Shown here: positions 1 through 12,095 of the stretch, piece after piece
Layout of the letters: every line of letters begins with the position of its first letter
Numbering within the stretch: position 1 is the stretch's first letter
Assembly (NCBI GenBank): GCA_973895155.1
Contig: OZ316899.1
Location: forward strand, 4,281,241 to 4,345,240
Source: Marsupella aquatica
Taxonomy: Eukaryota; Plantae; Marchantiophyta
Direction: 5' to 3'
Length of the DNA: 64,000 nt
Program-made: the position numbers and the translations under genes
The notes under the pieces: generated by a model
What the model saw: the letters and a program-made list of their open reading frames with translations, nothing else
Databases searched by the model: none
Told to the model about the DNA's origin: nothing

Positions 1-285
1 CCTCTAATCCGGCTTCTGCATCTTTCTTGTCTGAGTCGGTGCTGTCATTGCTTGACTCATCCATTGGAGGATCGGCTGCCTCCTTCCCCTTCAGTTGATG
101 GTGCTCAGCATGTGATGTGTTTGCTCCAGCGGCCAATAGTCCCGGCTGCCATGTCCTCATCATCTTGCTTGTAGCGTTCATCTAGGGAAGTGAACCGGTC
201 CTCTTTTTGTTCTTCTTGAACTTGAGCCCTTCCCTAGGTGGGAAGAGCCTTCCTGCCACTTTTTGATCGAGTGTTCTTAACCATG
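1..285 (-). pseudogene. gag: 5' end of gag of a minus-strand chromovirus-type Ty3/gypsy element (runs off the window)
   Basis: Reverse strand from ATG at 285 reads MVKNTRSKSGRKALPTRGRAQVQEEQKED, matching the gag start MAKNTRSKSGKQAPPAKGRAQVQDEQKED at 58563; in-frame stops follow. Confidence 0.8.
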
Positions 286-415
286 TCTCCAACAACCAAA
301 TCTTCCAGCAGCCAACCCGCCGGGCACCGTGAAGCACTAAGTCCTCACAAAAATCCGTTAAGATTTTTGGATTCTGACCTAGCCCAACTCCGGCATAGTG
401 TCTATGCAAGCAATC

Positions 416-427
416 GGTTTGATACCA
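416..427 (-). promoter_or_regulatory. Primer-binding site, tRNA-iMet type (TGGTATCAAACC)
   Basis: Reverse complement of GGTTTGATACCA; same context as TGGTATCAGAGC at 58422. Confidence 0.8.
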
Positions 428-431
428 CAAG

Positions 432-1906
432 TGGTGAACCTAGCCACCCAGCGCCCTCATCAATCCCAACACCCACGCCTAAGTGCCCTTGGTTCCCAAA
501 CGCCTCCACAAACTCCTGTAGCAAGCAACTTGGTGCCCTCAACACCACCCACAACCCTTCCCTTACAAAGCCGCACTTGCTCTCTAGTACGACCGTTGCT
601 CAACGGTCCTCACTGTCTGCACAAGCAACCAAACAGTCTAGTAAGTAACCCATAAGGAACTAGATCACCTAAGTCTAGCACCCTAACTCAAGCTCAACAT
701 ACATTGGTAAGTAGGTCAACGATAGGTCCTCCCAATGCCATAAGCCGGAACCCAAATTGACACACACTGTTCATCCAGAATAGCCCCTTCCTTGGGTGTA
801 GCCGGGGTTCCCCCTTGTACCTACCATCACCAATTGACCGCCCTGCCCCCAGGACATGCTCATGGCCCAAGAAGCGCAGCTTGTCCTAAAGCTTGTCCCA
901 ACATGTCAGGACCAGAATGACCCCAACTCTAGCAACCAACTCGTGATTCTTGCTCCACTGATGGTCTAGGGGCCAAGTACCCTTGGAACTCAACCTCCAT
1001 GCCTACTTGGCCTTGCCTCCCCAACGCAAGCTCCCTTGGTACACTGAACGCGGCTTGGCTGCTATTTTGGCAGGATTTGGCAAGCGGGCAAGATAGCCGC
1101 TGCAAACCCTGAGAACCCATGGGACCCCTAGACCCAGCTGAGCTCAAGAGAATTTAGTCATCCTTGAGATATTTCCAAGGCATCCAAGAAGTCCATTGGA
1201 GGACTTCTTGTTGGGAAGTTATCGTTGTTTTCATTTGGCATTTTCCCTTAGTGTTGCGACCGCCGTGGCCCACGACTTTGGCTCGCCCTTAGTCCCCAAG
1301 GAGACACCACTCCTCTCGTATATGATTCTGGAGACCTGCCACCCCCAAACCTACTTTGGTCCCCAAATTTTGGCTCCCCACCTGGACCCCAACCCACAAG
1401 TTTGGGCCCGCCACCAATTGGCAATGCCTATAACTTTATAGTTAGGTGTCCGTAAGCGGAGTGTCTTAGCCCATTGTGATTGGGCCGACCCAGTGCTCAT
1501 GCCTAGGCCCTCAAATCTCATTGTCAACTGGGACCTCCAATCTGCCAAACCAAGATTGGGTCGTAACTCATGCCCCAAGCGTCCATTGCCCATGGAGTAA
1601 ACTCCATTTGCCTTGGGCCCAAGAGGAGCTCTCACTCAAGCCCTCATAACTCAAGGTCCGTCCAGGGGTCCGGACGGTCAACCCTGGAGTCTGTCCCATT
1701 CCCTCTTGATCCAACTAGCCCTCAACTAGTTTAAGTCCTTAGTGTGTATCACCATCTTAGCACATTGCCTTTACCCCATTGCCCACAAGTCTCCCCATGC
1801 TAAGTCCTCCCCGGATGGCCATTCCTGGCCTAGACCATAGGGGAGCTTGGTGTTGGAGTCAATGACAAGGGGCTAAGTGGTAAGGTAGTCAATTCCACGA
1901 CTGTCA
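432..1906 (-). repeat. 5' LTR (~1.5 kb) of the minus-strand chromovirus-type element
   Basis: Inverted homolog of 61508-63008 along its length; starts TGACAGTCGTGG on the minus strand at 1906. The inner end is uncertain by a few bases. Confidence 0.85.
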
Positions 1907-2958
1907 AGCTGTGAAGATGACTACCAAAAACTAAACCTACTAGCAATAGATAAACAACATGAATGTACAGGAATAGGTCAGAAGATGATAAGAAATTCTT
2001 TGCACTTGAAGATTGTATAGGAAGATTGGCCGCGCTACACACCAGCCAATTCACAAAGACCACCGCACCTTAGCTTTGCGGATTCAGGTGGATTTGAGAG
2101 CCATAGCGGAGTGTAATAGACTCTAAACCTTGCAAGCATAGTAACAACAAACTAAGCAAACCTCAACTCCAATGTTGCGCAAGGCAAAGAGTAAGTCTAG
2201 GGCGCATTCTAGCATTGTCACTTTCTACCACAAGCAAGCATTGTGACAGTAGACATGCAAAGCTCCATTCCAATGTTGCACAAGGCAAAGAGGTAAGTAC
2301 TTACAAAGCATATGGCGGAAGATGGACCCTTGCACCACAAACTTTGCGTCTGACCCTAAAATTCATCCAACAATGCCTTTGGGGAGCACTTGCACTTGCA
2401 AATGCGCCTAGCACCCGATTGAATGTGGTCACATCGCACTTCAAGTGTGGTGTCAAACCCTTCCTCCTCCCTAAAATCATAGAGAGCGGGAAGAAAGCCC
2501 GACACACTACACACTAAGAATCCCACCACTTTTGCAGAGACCTTTGTTCCCTCCTTGATCGATCAACTATTGACTGCCCTTGCCCAGTTGCCTCATTCTT
2601 TCCTCCTCCCCTCCCCTCCCTAAACCCTCTTTGTAGACAAAGACCCTACATTTTCTCCCGTGCACAAGGGTGGAGAGTACCAAGGTACTTAGCCAGTGAC
2701 ATGTAAGGGGCTCATGTAAGGGGGTACCTCTACTATGTGAAGCTTTCTCACATAAAAAGCTTGAATGTTTGACAATTGGCGAGGAGCACTCACTCACATA
2801 AGTCTCCGGGGGGTCACTATATGGAGGGCCATACGTCGCGTGCGATTGTTTTAGGGTTTGACCCCCCTAACTTATAAGTGAAAAATATTTTTTTGCAAAG
2901 CCCTTTCTTTCTTTAAATATTGTGATTTTTTATTTAAAAACCCCTAATAACTTAAAAG

Positions 2959-3110
2959 TGTTATAACCCATACCTAAACCTACCCTACCTAGGGTTAAAC
3001 CCTACTACAGTTAGGCCAAATCCAACCGCCTAACTACCTAGCCACCATAGGAGCTATATGTAATGTTGGGATGATGAATGAAGGTATTAGTTGTTCCACA
3101 CCTTACAACA
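2959..3110 (+). repeat. Copia 5' LTR, 152 bp (identical duplicate at 4983-5134)
   Basis: TGTTATAACC...CCTTACAACA; matches 10696-10809 apart from a 38-bp segment. Confidence 0.92.
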
Positions 3111-3128
3111 CGTTATCAACACGATGCT
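3111..3128 (+). promoter_or_regulatory. PBS complementary to the anticodon arm (5' half) of tRNA-Ile; duplicate at 5135-5152
   Basis: CGTTATCAACACGATGCT directly follows the LTR; close to the complement of plant tRNA-Ile GCGUCGUGCU(I)AUAACG (tRNA sequence recalled, not searched). Confidence 0.7.
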
Positions 3129-3402
3129 GATTTGAATCAATTTTTTTAGGGATTACATCTTTTCCTTTCCTCCATAGCAAGATTTGTTTTCCACCAGTTA
3201 GGGAAGGATTAAAGGCAGACAAAGGTGCAGTGGTGGCCGAAATCATCCAGTGAGACTAGATGTCAATGCATGAAGCGAATTGGATACAAAATTGGGCAAT
3301 GAGATAAGAAACTCCCAAATTTGCTGACCACGATTTGAAATTTCATCCTCAATTCCTTCAATTTCACCAATTGAGTTTATCAATAAGAGATTATCCAGAA
3401 AA

Positions 3403-4034
3403 ATGTCAACAAATTCCATGGACAAACTTTTATTTCAACCACTCAGCATCGATGGCGCCAATTACTTGTCCTGGTCGCTTGATGCCGAAGCTCATTTAAC
3501 TTCAAAGAATCTACAGGATACGGTAATAACTAACAATGGCCTAACTCTTCAGCAAAAGGCGCATGCATTGATACTAATTAGACACCATTTGAGCGACTCC
3601 TTGAAGCGACAGTACATGAACAAATACAATCCAAGGATTCTCTAGGAAGAACTCCAATCCTGCTTTGACCACACTTGCACCATATACCTGTCAGCAGCTA
3701 GACACAATTGGATCAATCTTAGAGTCCAAGACCATAAGACAATTGCGGACTACAACTACAAATTATTCCGGATAGTATCACAACTGGCCATATGTGGCCA
3801 CCCTGTAAATGATGAAGAACAGATCGAGAAAATGCTATCCACCCTCCACTCTACCAATCTCATCCTCTCCACCCAATACCGCAATTTGCGATTCACCAAA
3901 TACTCCGAATTGATCGCACATATGCTCTTGGTTGAGAATCATCAACTATTGCTATTACAAAACTCCCAAAAACAACCTCTCGGCACCCTCCCCCCAGTCA
4001 CAAATACAGAATCTCATTATGTGACAACTCAAAG
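3403..4034 (+). pseudogene. gag: Truncated first copy of copia gag, cut by the duplication junction
   Basis: Same as 5427 onward (LSIDGANYLSWSLDAEAHL...), TAG at 3643-3645, ends at the 4034/4035 junction. Confidence 0.85.
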
Positions 4035-5426
4035 GATTGTATAGGAAGATTGGCCGCGCTACACACCAGCCAATTCACAAAGACCACCGCACCTTAGCTT
4101 TGCGGATTCAGGTGGATTTGAGAGCCATAGCGGAGTGTAATAGACTCTAAACCTTGCAAGCATAGTAACAACAAACTAAGCAAACCTCAACTCCAATGTT
4201 GCGCAAGGCAAAGAGTAAGTCTAGGGCGCATTCTAGCATTGTCACTTTCTACCACAAGCAAGCATTGTGACAGTAGACATGCAAAGCTCCATTCCAATGT
4301 TGCACAAGGCAAAGAGGTAAGTACTTACAAAGCATATGGCGGAAGATGGACCCTTGCACCACAAACTTTGCGTCTGACCCTAAAATTCATCCAACAATGC
4401 CTTTGGGGAGCACTTGCACTTGCAAATGCGCCTAGCACCCGATTGAATGTGGTCACATCGCACTTCAAGTGTGGTGTCAAACCCTTCCTCCTCCCTAAAA
4501 TCATAGAGAGCGGGAAGAAAGCCCGACACACTACACACTAAGAATCCCACCACTTTTGCAGAGACCTTTGTTCCCTCCTTGATCGATCAACTATTGACTG
4601 CCCTTGCCCAGTTGCCTCATTCTTTCCTCCTCCCCTCCCCTCCCTAAACCCTCTTTGTAGACAAAGACCCTACATTTTCTCCCGTGCACAAGGGTGGAGA
4701 GTACCAAGGTACTTAGCCAGTGACATGTAAGGGGCTCATGTAAGGGGGTACCTCTACTATGTGAAGCTTTCTCACATAAAAAGCTTGAATGTTTGACAAT
4801 TGGCGAGGAGCACTCACTCACATAAGTCTCCGGGGGGTCACTATATGGAGGGCCATACGTCGCGTGCGATTGTTTTAGGGTTTGACCCCCCTAACTTATA
4901 AGTGAAAAATATTTTTTTGCAAAGCCCTTTCTTTCTTTAAATATTGTGATTTTTTATTTAAAAACCCCTAATAACTTAAAAGTGTTATAACCCATACCTA
5001 AACCTACCCTACCTAGGGTTAAACCCTACTACAGTTAGGCCAAATCCAACCGCCTAACTACCTAGCCACCATAGGAGCTATATGTAATGTTGGGATGATG
5101 AATGAAGGTATTAGTTGTTCCACACCTTACAACACGTTATCAACACGATGCTGATTTGAATCAATTTTTTTAGGGATTACATCTTTTCCTTTCCTCCATA
5201 GCAAGATTTGTTTTCCACCAGTTAGGGAAGGATTAAAGGCAGACAAAGGTGCAGTGGTGGCCGAAATCATCCAGTGAGACTAGATGTCAATGCATGAAGC
5301 GAATTGGATACAAAATTGGGCAATGAGATAAGAAACTCCCAAATTTGCTGACCACGATTTGAAATTTCATCCTCAATTCCTTCAATTTCACCAATTGAGT
5401 TTATCAATAAGAGATTATCCAGAAAA

Positions 5427-6450
5427 ATGTCAACAAATTCCATGGACAAACTTTTATTTCAACCACTCAGCATCGATGGTGCCAATTACTTGTCCTGGTC
5501 GCTTGATGCCGAAGCTCATTTAACTTCAAAGAATCTACAGGATACGGTAATAACTAACAATGGCCTAACTCTTCAGCAAAAGGCGCATGCATTGATACTA
5601 ATTAGACACCATTTGAGCGACTCCTTGAAGCGACAGTACATGAACAAATACAATCCAAGGATTCTCTAGGAAGAACTCCAATCCTGCTTTGACCACACTT
5701 GCACCATATACCTGTCAGCAGCTAGACACAATTGGATCAATCTTAGAGTCCAAGACCATAAGACAATTGCGGACTACAACTACAAATTATTCCGGATAGT
5801 ATCACAACTGGCCATATGTGGCCACCCTGTAAATGATGAAGAACAGATCGAGAAAATGCTATCCACCCTCCACTCTACCAATCTCATCCTCTCCACCCAA
5901 TACCGCAATTTGCGATTCACCAAATACTCCGAATTGATCGCACATATGCTCTTGGTTGAGAATCATCAACTATTGCTATTACAAAACTCCCAAAAACAAC
6001 CTCTCGGCACCCTCCCCCCAGTCACAAATACAGAATCTCATTATGTGACAACTCAAAGGGGAGAGGGATCAACTCACCGCGGCCGAGGTAGTTTCAGGGG
6101 GAGAAACACAAATAGAGGTTGAGGAAGCTCATTCAGAGGACGCGGGGGCAGAAACAACTCCTTCAGAGGTAGATCTAGGGGAAGATACCAAAACAATGGA
6201 TACAACTTCAGAAACAATGGGCAACGAGACAATTCTCAACCCCGAGCAAGGACAACTCAACAGCAAAGCACTCAAAGAGATAAATACAAAAACCCCTCTA
6301 TATGCTTTTGTTGCGGCACTAAGGGCCACATTCAAAAATTCTGCCATGCCCCTGCACACCTTCTACAACTATATAAGAACAATACTGCACAAAATGAACC
6401 CGAGACATACGGGACTTTCCTAGAATCCACTGATCTAATACCATCTATAA
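5427..6450 (+). pseudogene. gag: Copia gag with RG-rich tract and CCHC zinc knuckle
   Basis: DGANYLSW copia gag start; CFCCGTKGHIQKFC (CX2CX4HX4C) near 6303; several stops and frameshifts. Confidence 0.85.
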
Positions 6451-6452
6451 AC

Positions 6453-9400
6453 ATGACCTCTACCATAAAAGAAAATCTTTCCCACTGCATAGTCGACAGT
6501 GGTACATTGCATTCCATTTTCAAGCATAAGGAATACTTTAAGCAGATTATACCATCACAAAGAAAACTTACGACTATTATGGGCCAGCATCAATTGGAAG
6601 AGGGATTTGGACCAACATTGGTCACCCTACCCCGCGGCATGTCAATTCAGGTGAAGTCTGCCATATATGCTCCAAAGGCAACCAAGAACTTACTCAGCTT
6701 TGAGGACGTCCGTGCTAACAAGCTACACATCAAGACGGGCACCCAAGATGGACGGGAGGTTTTGTACATTACCTTGGGGGAACCACCAAACACCAAGATC
6801 AGAGAGATCCTGAGTGCATCACCCCCTGGTTGTTATACCACCAAAATTCACAGCTTCCACATTGAAGCACCCCAAGGCACACTTACCAAGATCTGGCACA
6901 GGAGACTTGGCCACCCCAGAACGACAATGTTTCAGAAGCTCATCAGAGAAACACAAGGAATACCGGAAATGGTACACCCTACGTCCATGAAAGCCCCTTG
7001 TTTAGCTTGCTCACAGGGCAAACTAATAATCCGGCCCTCGCCACCCAAAACTGAACACCAAATCCCACACTTCCTGGAGCGCATACACGCTGATGTATGC
7101 GGACCGATTGATCCCCCTAGCGGCCCATTCCGATTCTTTCTGGCAGTCATAGACGCATCAACAAAATGGAGTCAGATATCCCTACTATCCACATGAAACC
7201 TGGTATTCTCCAGACTCCTTGCCCACATACTAAAATTAAGAGCTCAATTCCTTGAAAACCAAATTAAAACACTGAGAGTAGATAACACTGGCAAATTACC
7301 TCTAAGACGTTCAAAGATTTTTGCCAGGCCACAGGCATTGATGTCCAGTATCCCGTACCCCATGTCCATTTTCAAAATGGAATAGCTGAATCCTTGATCA
7401 AACGACTGCAGCTGATTGCCAGACCCCTACTAATGCAGACGAACTTACCAACAACTGCTTGGGGCCATGCCATTCTCCACTCTGCTGCCCTATTAAGTTA
7501 TAGACCATCATCTTTTAACTCGACTACCCCCTACCACTTAGCATTTGGGAGTATACCAAATGTCTCTCACCTGAGAACGTTTGGCTGCAAAGTCATGGTA
7601 CCCATCTTGGGACCCAAGAGAACCAAGATGGGGCCCCAAAGACACGCACGAATATACATCGGTTTTGACTCAACTTCCATAATCAGATATATGGAGCCTA
7701 CTACATCTGATGTATTCAAAGCACGTTTTGCAGATTGCCACTTCTACAAAGAGGTTTTTCCCAGCCTACAAACGAAACAACAACTAGACACAGAGAAGAA
7801 CACCCAACTTACTTGGCAAATCGATGTTGAATTCTGGAACTACCCACGGGACAGCCATGCGGACACCAAAGTACAACGGATCTTACACTTGGCTAGGATG
7901 GTAGAAAATCTACCCGACTCCTTTACGGATGCCACCCAAGTAACCCGCTCCCACATTCCAGCAGCAAACGCTCCATCTAGAATCCAAATGGAGACCCCAC
8001 CAGCATCTGTTACTGCCCCGAAAGCAAAGAGAGGCCGCCCACTGGGATCTTGCATACAGACAACCAAGACAGCGCAAAGCCGCCCCAACATCTACACCAA
8101 CTACATTGATCAGAGACCAAACTCCAATCCAACCACATGTACCACAAGACAATGCAGAGATATCAATCAACTATGGAAGAACCGGGCATGTATGGGACAA
8201 AGAGCATACCACAATAGACGAACAATTCGCCTTTCACATAACACAACAGATTAAAGATGAACTGCCGGATCCATGAACAATTAAAGAAGCTGAGGCTCAA
8301 CCTGATTGGCCTGAATGGGAAAAGGCCATTCATTTGGAATTGGACTCATTGATGGCCCGCCAGGTATTCGGACCAATTACAATAGCAGAACCTATAGTGC
8401 ACCTCACAGGTGATAAATGGACCCTCGTCAAGAAAAGAAATGTGAAAGGTGAAGTAACCAAACACAAGGCAAGACTGGTGGCCAGGGGATTTACACAAGT
8501 CCCCGGCAGGGACAACGACTTAACATACTCGCCGATGATGGATGTCATCACTTACCGGTACCTTATCACAATCTCACAATGCCACAACTTATCCATGCAC
8601 CAAATGGATATTGTAACAGCCTACCTATATGGACACTTAGACAAAGTCATATACATGGAAGCTCCACCAGAACTGGTGAAACGAGTTGAGTATCACAGCA
8701 AAGGGAAACAAGCACATAAAGCTGGAGTTCACAACCAGGCGGAAACATTTGAGCATACAAATTCAGCGATACTCCACAAGGCTGCAGCAAAGATAGCACT
8801 AACAAATCCTATCCAACATCAAAGGGACACCACCCAAAGAACTCAATTTGCAGTACAGGTGTTAAGATCCCTATATGGCCTTAAGCAAAGTGGACTGACA
8901 TGGTATAAACGCTTTAAGTCAGAAATGCTGGCGATGGGATTTACAAATGCCAACATTGCACCTTGCTTATTTATGAAACGGGAAAACAAAGAATTTATTA
9001 TAGTAGCCATCTACGTGGACGACCTGAACCTGTTTGGAACAAGAAAAATTATGGCTGAAACTATCATACTCCTGAAACAGGCTTTCAAGATGCGCGACCT
9101 AGGGCAGACTTATTTCTGCCTAGGCCTACAATTTGAGCACCTGCACAATGGCATTTTCCTGCATCAGTCCATGTACATCAAGAAAGTCCTGAAGCAATTC
9201 AACATGGACAAAGGCCACTGCAGTCAGATCCCCCATGGACATCCGCTCACTTGACAAAGAAAAGGATATCTTCTAGAAGAGAAACAAGATGGAGCCACTG
9301 CTTGGCCCAGAGAAACCATACCTATCTGCTATAGGTGTCCTGATATTCCTTTCAAACCAGACAAGGCCCAATATTGCCTTTGCAGTCAACCTATTGGCTC

Positions 9401-10011
9401 GCCACAGTGCCAAGCCGACTATTTGGCATTGGAATGGGATAAAGCGCATTTTCCGCTACCTTGTGGGTACCACAGATGTGGGACTGTTTTACCCATCCAA
9501 TACTAGTTACTCACTTACAGGATATGCTGATGTAGGTTACCTTTCAGACTTGGAGGATGCAAAGTCGTAGACCGGGTACGTCTTCATGATGGGCCAGACC
9601 GCAATCTCATGGCGAAGTTGCAAGCAGACACTAACAACTACATTGTCAAATCACTCGGAAATCATAGCTCTCTACGAATCAAGCAGGGAGTGCATTTGGC
9701 TACGCAACATCATCAATCACATCCATGAGAACACGGGCATACCTACACTGTCAACACAACCAGAAATTCACAAAGATAATAGAGCCTGCGTTGAACAAAT
9801 TCATGCAGGCTTCATTAAGGGAGATCGAACCAAAAACATCACCCCCAAGTTTTTCTTTACGCATGAACAGCAAGGCAATAGCATCGCAATTAAATGGATA
9901 CAAAGCTCACAGAACATCATAGATTTGTTTACAAAATCACTTCCCCCTATACTACACAGACAACATACATTCTCAATAGGATTGCGCAACTTAGCTGCAT
10001 TGCAGGACTAA
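6453..10011 (+). pseudogene. pol: Copia pol (protease, integrase, reverse transcriptase, RNase H), fragmented
   Basis: CIVDSGT (PR), WHRRLGHP, IHADVCGP (INT), SLYGLKQSG and YVDD (RT), GYAD...SNHSEIIAL (RH), spread over ORFs 6453, 7394, 8334, 9289, 9586. Confidence 0.92.
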
Positions 10012-10695
10012 TGCCCTTTGGACTACTTCCGACCTACTTGTCTCCTGCCCAGAGGGAGAATAAAAGTGAACCTCGCAGCTACAAAATGATCAAGATAACG
10101 ATGCGTGAAGGAGCAACCAGCAGATACCACATCAGGGGGAGCAAAACGCACACATTCATGCCTACAAAGCAGAAAGAGTCCAACATTACCACAACTCATT
10201 TGACGCGCAAGTACTCCGATCACTAATCACCAAACTCAACGCCAAGAAGAGAAGCGCCCGCCATCATCAAGAATGACCATCCCGAAACGCAGCAGCTCAC
10301 GACTTCATAACCGCGAACACTTCCGATCAAACAGAAGAACCTATCAAATCCCACATAGTTCTACTGCCCTAAGTGCAAACTACGACTGCTTTTGGACCTG
10401 TAACATGTAGAGTACTTACACACAAATTACTGACCAAATGATATGGGTACAAAGTCTATGTGACAACCCACTTAAACATCTTTTTTAACAGACTACAATA
10501 ACATTACATTAACATATAGCTTGGAGGAAATGGTAACACTCTTTCCCCCTACAAGAAAGGAGAGGGGGTTTTAATGAGGTTACATTTGCCTCCCTAGATA
10601 TAAACCTTTCAATGACTAGGACATATTACACATCAGAGTAGTTTTTTTTAGATGGTTGCAACATTATCCCAGGTCATGTTACTCCCAAGGGGGAG

Positions 10696-10809
10696 TGTTA
10701 TAACCCATACCTAAACCTACCCTACCTAGGGTTAAACCCTACTACAGTTAGGCTATATGTAATGTTGGGATGATGAATGAAGGTATTAGTTGTTCCACAC
10801 CTTACAACA
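10696..10809 (+). repeat. Copia 3' LTR, 114 bp
   Basis: Follows the PPT; identical to the 5' LTR by eye except for a 38-bp deletion. Confidence 0.92.
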
Positions 10810-11086
10810 TAAAGAAAGTATTTTTTGCAATTAAATAGGCCTATGTGTTCTTTAAAGTCAACCAGTCAACAAAACATGCCCCATGTGTTCTTCCACCAAA
10901 CTTTGGAAGTCTTCCGCCACACCCATTTAAATGGGCCTATACTTCGTCACACGTGATGTGCCACTTTCGTGGAAGTGACCCCCCCGAGACATAAGTACTT
11001 AGTGGACCTGCCATTTTCCTTATGATCGGATGTTGTAATAATTCAATGTCAAATTAAGTGGTATCCCCCATCCAACTTCAAAGGTG

Positions 11087-11136
11087 CATGAACAACCTTG
11101 AACCATGAACAATGAACCTTGAACCTTGAACAATGA
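11087..11136. repeat. Short degenerate heptamer tandem repeat (NNTGAAC)
   Basis: CATGAAC / CTTGAAC / AATGAAC units read directly. Confidence 0.6.
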
Positions 11137-11989
11137 GTGATTGAAAAGAGTAGGTAAAGTCAACATTGCTAAGGAGTCACAACAAATGAGTGGATAGTTT
11201 GTAGAAGTTATACTTAAGACATATTTAGTGATAAGACCCTAAACTTCCATAGCCTTGTCACATTAGTCAATAGTGGTTTGGTCAAAAATAGGGGGTATTT
11301 CTACTAGTGCCCCCTCAGGCCAAGACTCACCTCCACCACTACCAACAGAACCTCCAAACTGGCCAGTAGCAATGCCACCACCACCACTATGAGGGCAAGA
11401 AACAGAGCTAGCCATAAACTGACAAGGAGGACCACCACCACCACCACTACCCCCCTCAAGCCAAGACTCACCTCCACCACTATGGGGAGAACCTCCTGAT
11501 TGACTCCCTACACACCCACTATGAACAAGATATGGTGTGGGCACATGACCCGCAACCCTCTCCCCCGTCTGTCGCAAAACACTTGGTACACTACCAGGGC
11601 CGGCCCAGAACTGATGATACATGACACCATTGTGACGTTGCCGGTACGGTGGGTAATGAGTGATTTGGCCTAACACTTGCGTTGAGGGTATCTTAGGCCG
11701 TAATTATTAGCATAACGATAGTATTTAGGTAGCCATTATGAGTAGGAAATCATTAGTCAATAAGGGGCGTTCGTGTTTGGGCTGGCGGCGGGTCGCCATT
11801 TCGCACACCCGGGTTGCGAGCGTGTAATGGGCCCTCCACTCTTTCCCCTCGGGTTTGTATAACGAATTTTGGGAGGCGGCCACTGACACGCACTGACTCG
11901 GACTGGCGGAGTGGCTGGTACACTGCAAGCGTGAAAGTCTCGGCCTATAAGCAACAAGGAGGCGACCAGTGATCGACGAGCGATCAGGG

Positions 11990-11996
11990 TATAAAA
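11990..11996 (+). promoter_or_regulatory. TATA box upstream of the family A LTR ORF (also 20511 and 35501)
   Basis: TATAAAA lies 355-359 bp from the LTR start and 106-108 bp before the ORF ATG in three copies; mutated to TGTAAAA in the 41434 copy. Confidence 0.65.
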
Positions 11997-12095
11997 AGAG
12001 TGCTGATCCTTTGCAGTGCACCAGTTCTTCAAACCACGCACCAACTTTGACCCCAATTCTCTTGCTTATCCTTAGTTGCCTTCCATCTCCTCTGA

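Larger units (their letters stand above)
2011..6058. repeat. Tandem direct duplication, 2 x 2,024 bp (2011-4034 and 4035-6058)
   Basis: All ORFs repeat with an offset of 2024 (2215/4239, 3403/5427, 3832/5856); only one substitution noticed (GATGGCGCC vs GATGGTGCC). Confidence 0.95.
2959..10809 (+). mobile_element. Ty1/copia LTR retrotransposon, Bianca lineage, decayed, with duplicated 5' end
   Basis: TG..CA LTRs at 2959-3110 (duplicate 4983-5134) and 10696-10809; PBS; PPT AAGGGGGAG at 10687-10695; order gag-PR-INT-RT-RH; near-TSD AAAAG/TAAAG; YVDDLNLFG and GFIKGDRTKNITPKFFFTHE resemble Bianca motifs. Confidence 0.9.

Noticed and set aside
929-1635. Short ORFs repeated in the chromovirus-type LTR copies (for example RELALGRQGQVG at 929 and 62313)
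   Set aside because: They are 60-140 aa, change frame and strand between copies, and are explained by DNA homology; no sign of a single conserved frame as in families A and B.
2850-3010. Telomere-like TTTAGGG / AACCCTA motifs (also in the B leader near 23035)
   Set aside because: Only one or two units each; not an interstitial telomere array.
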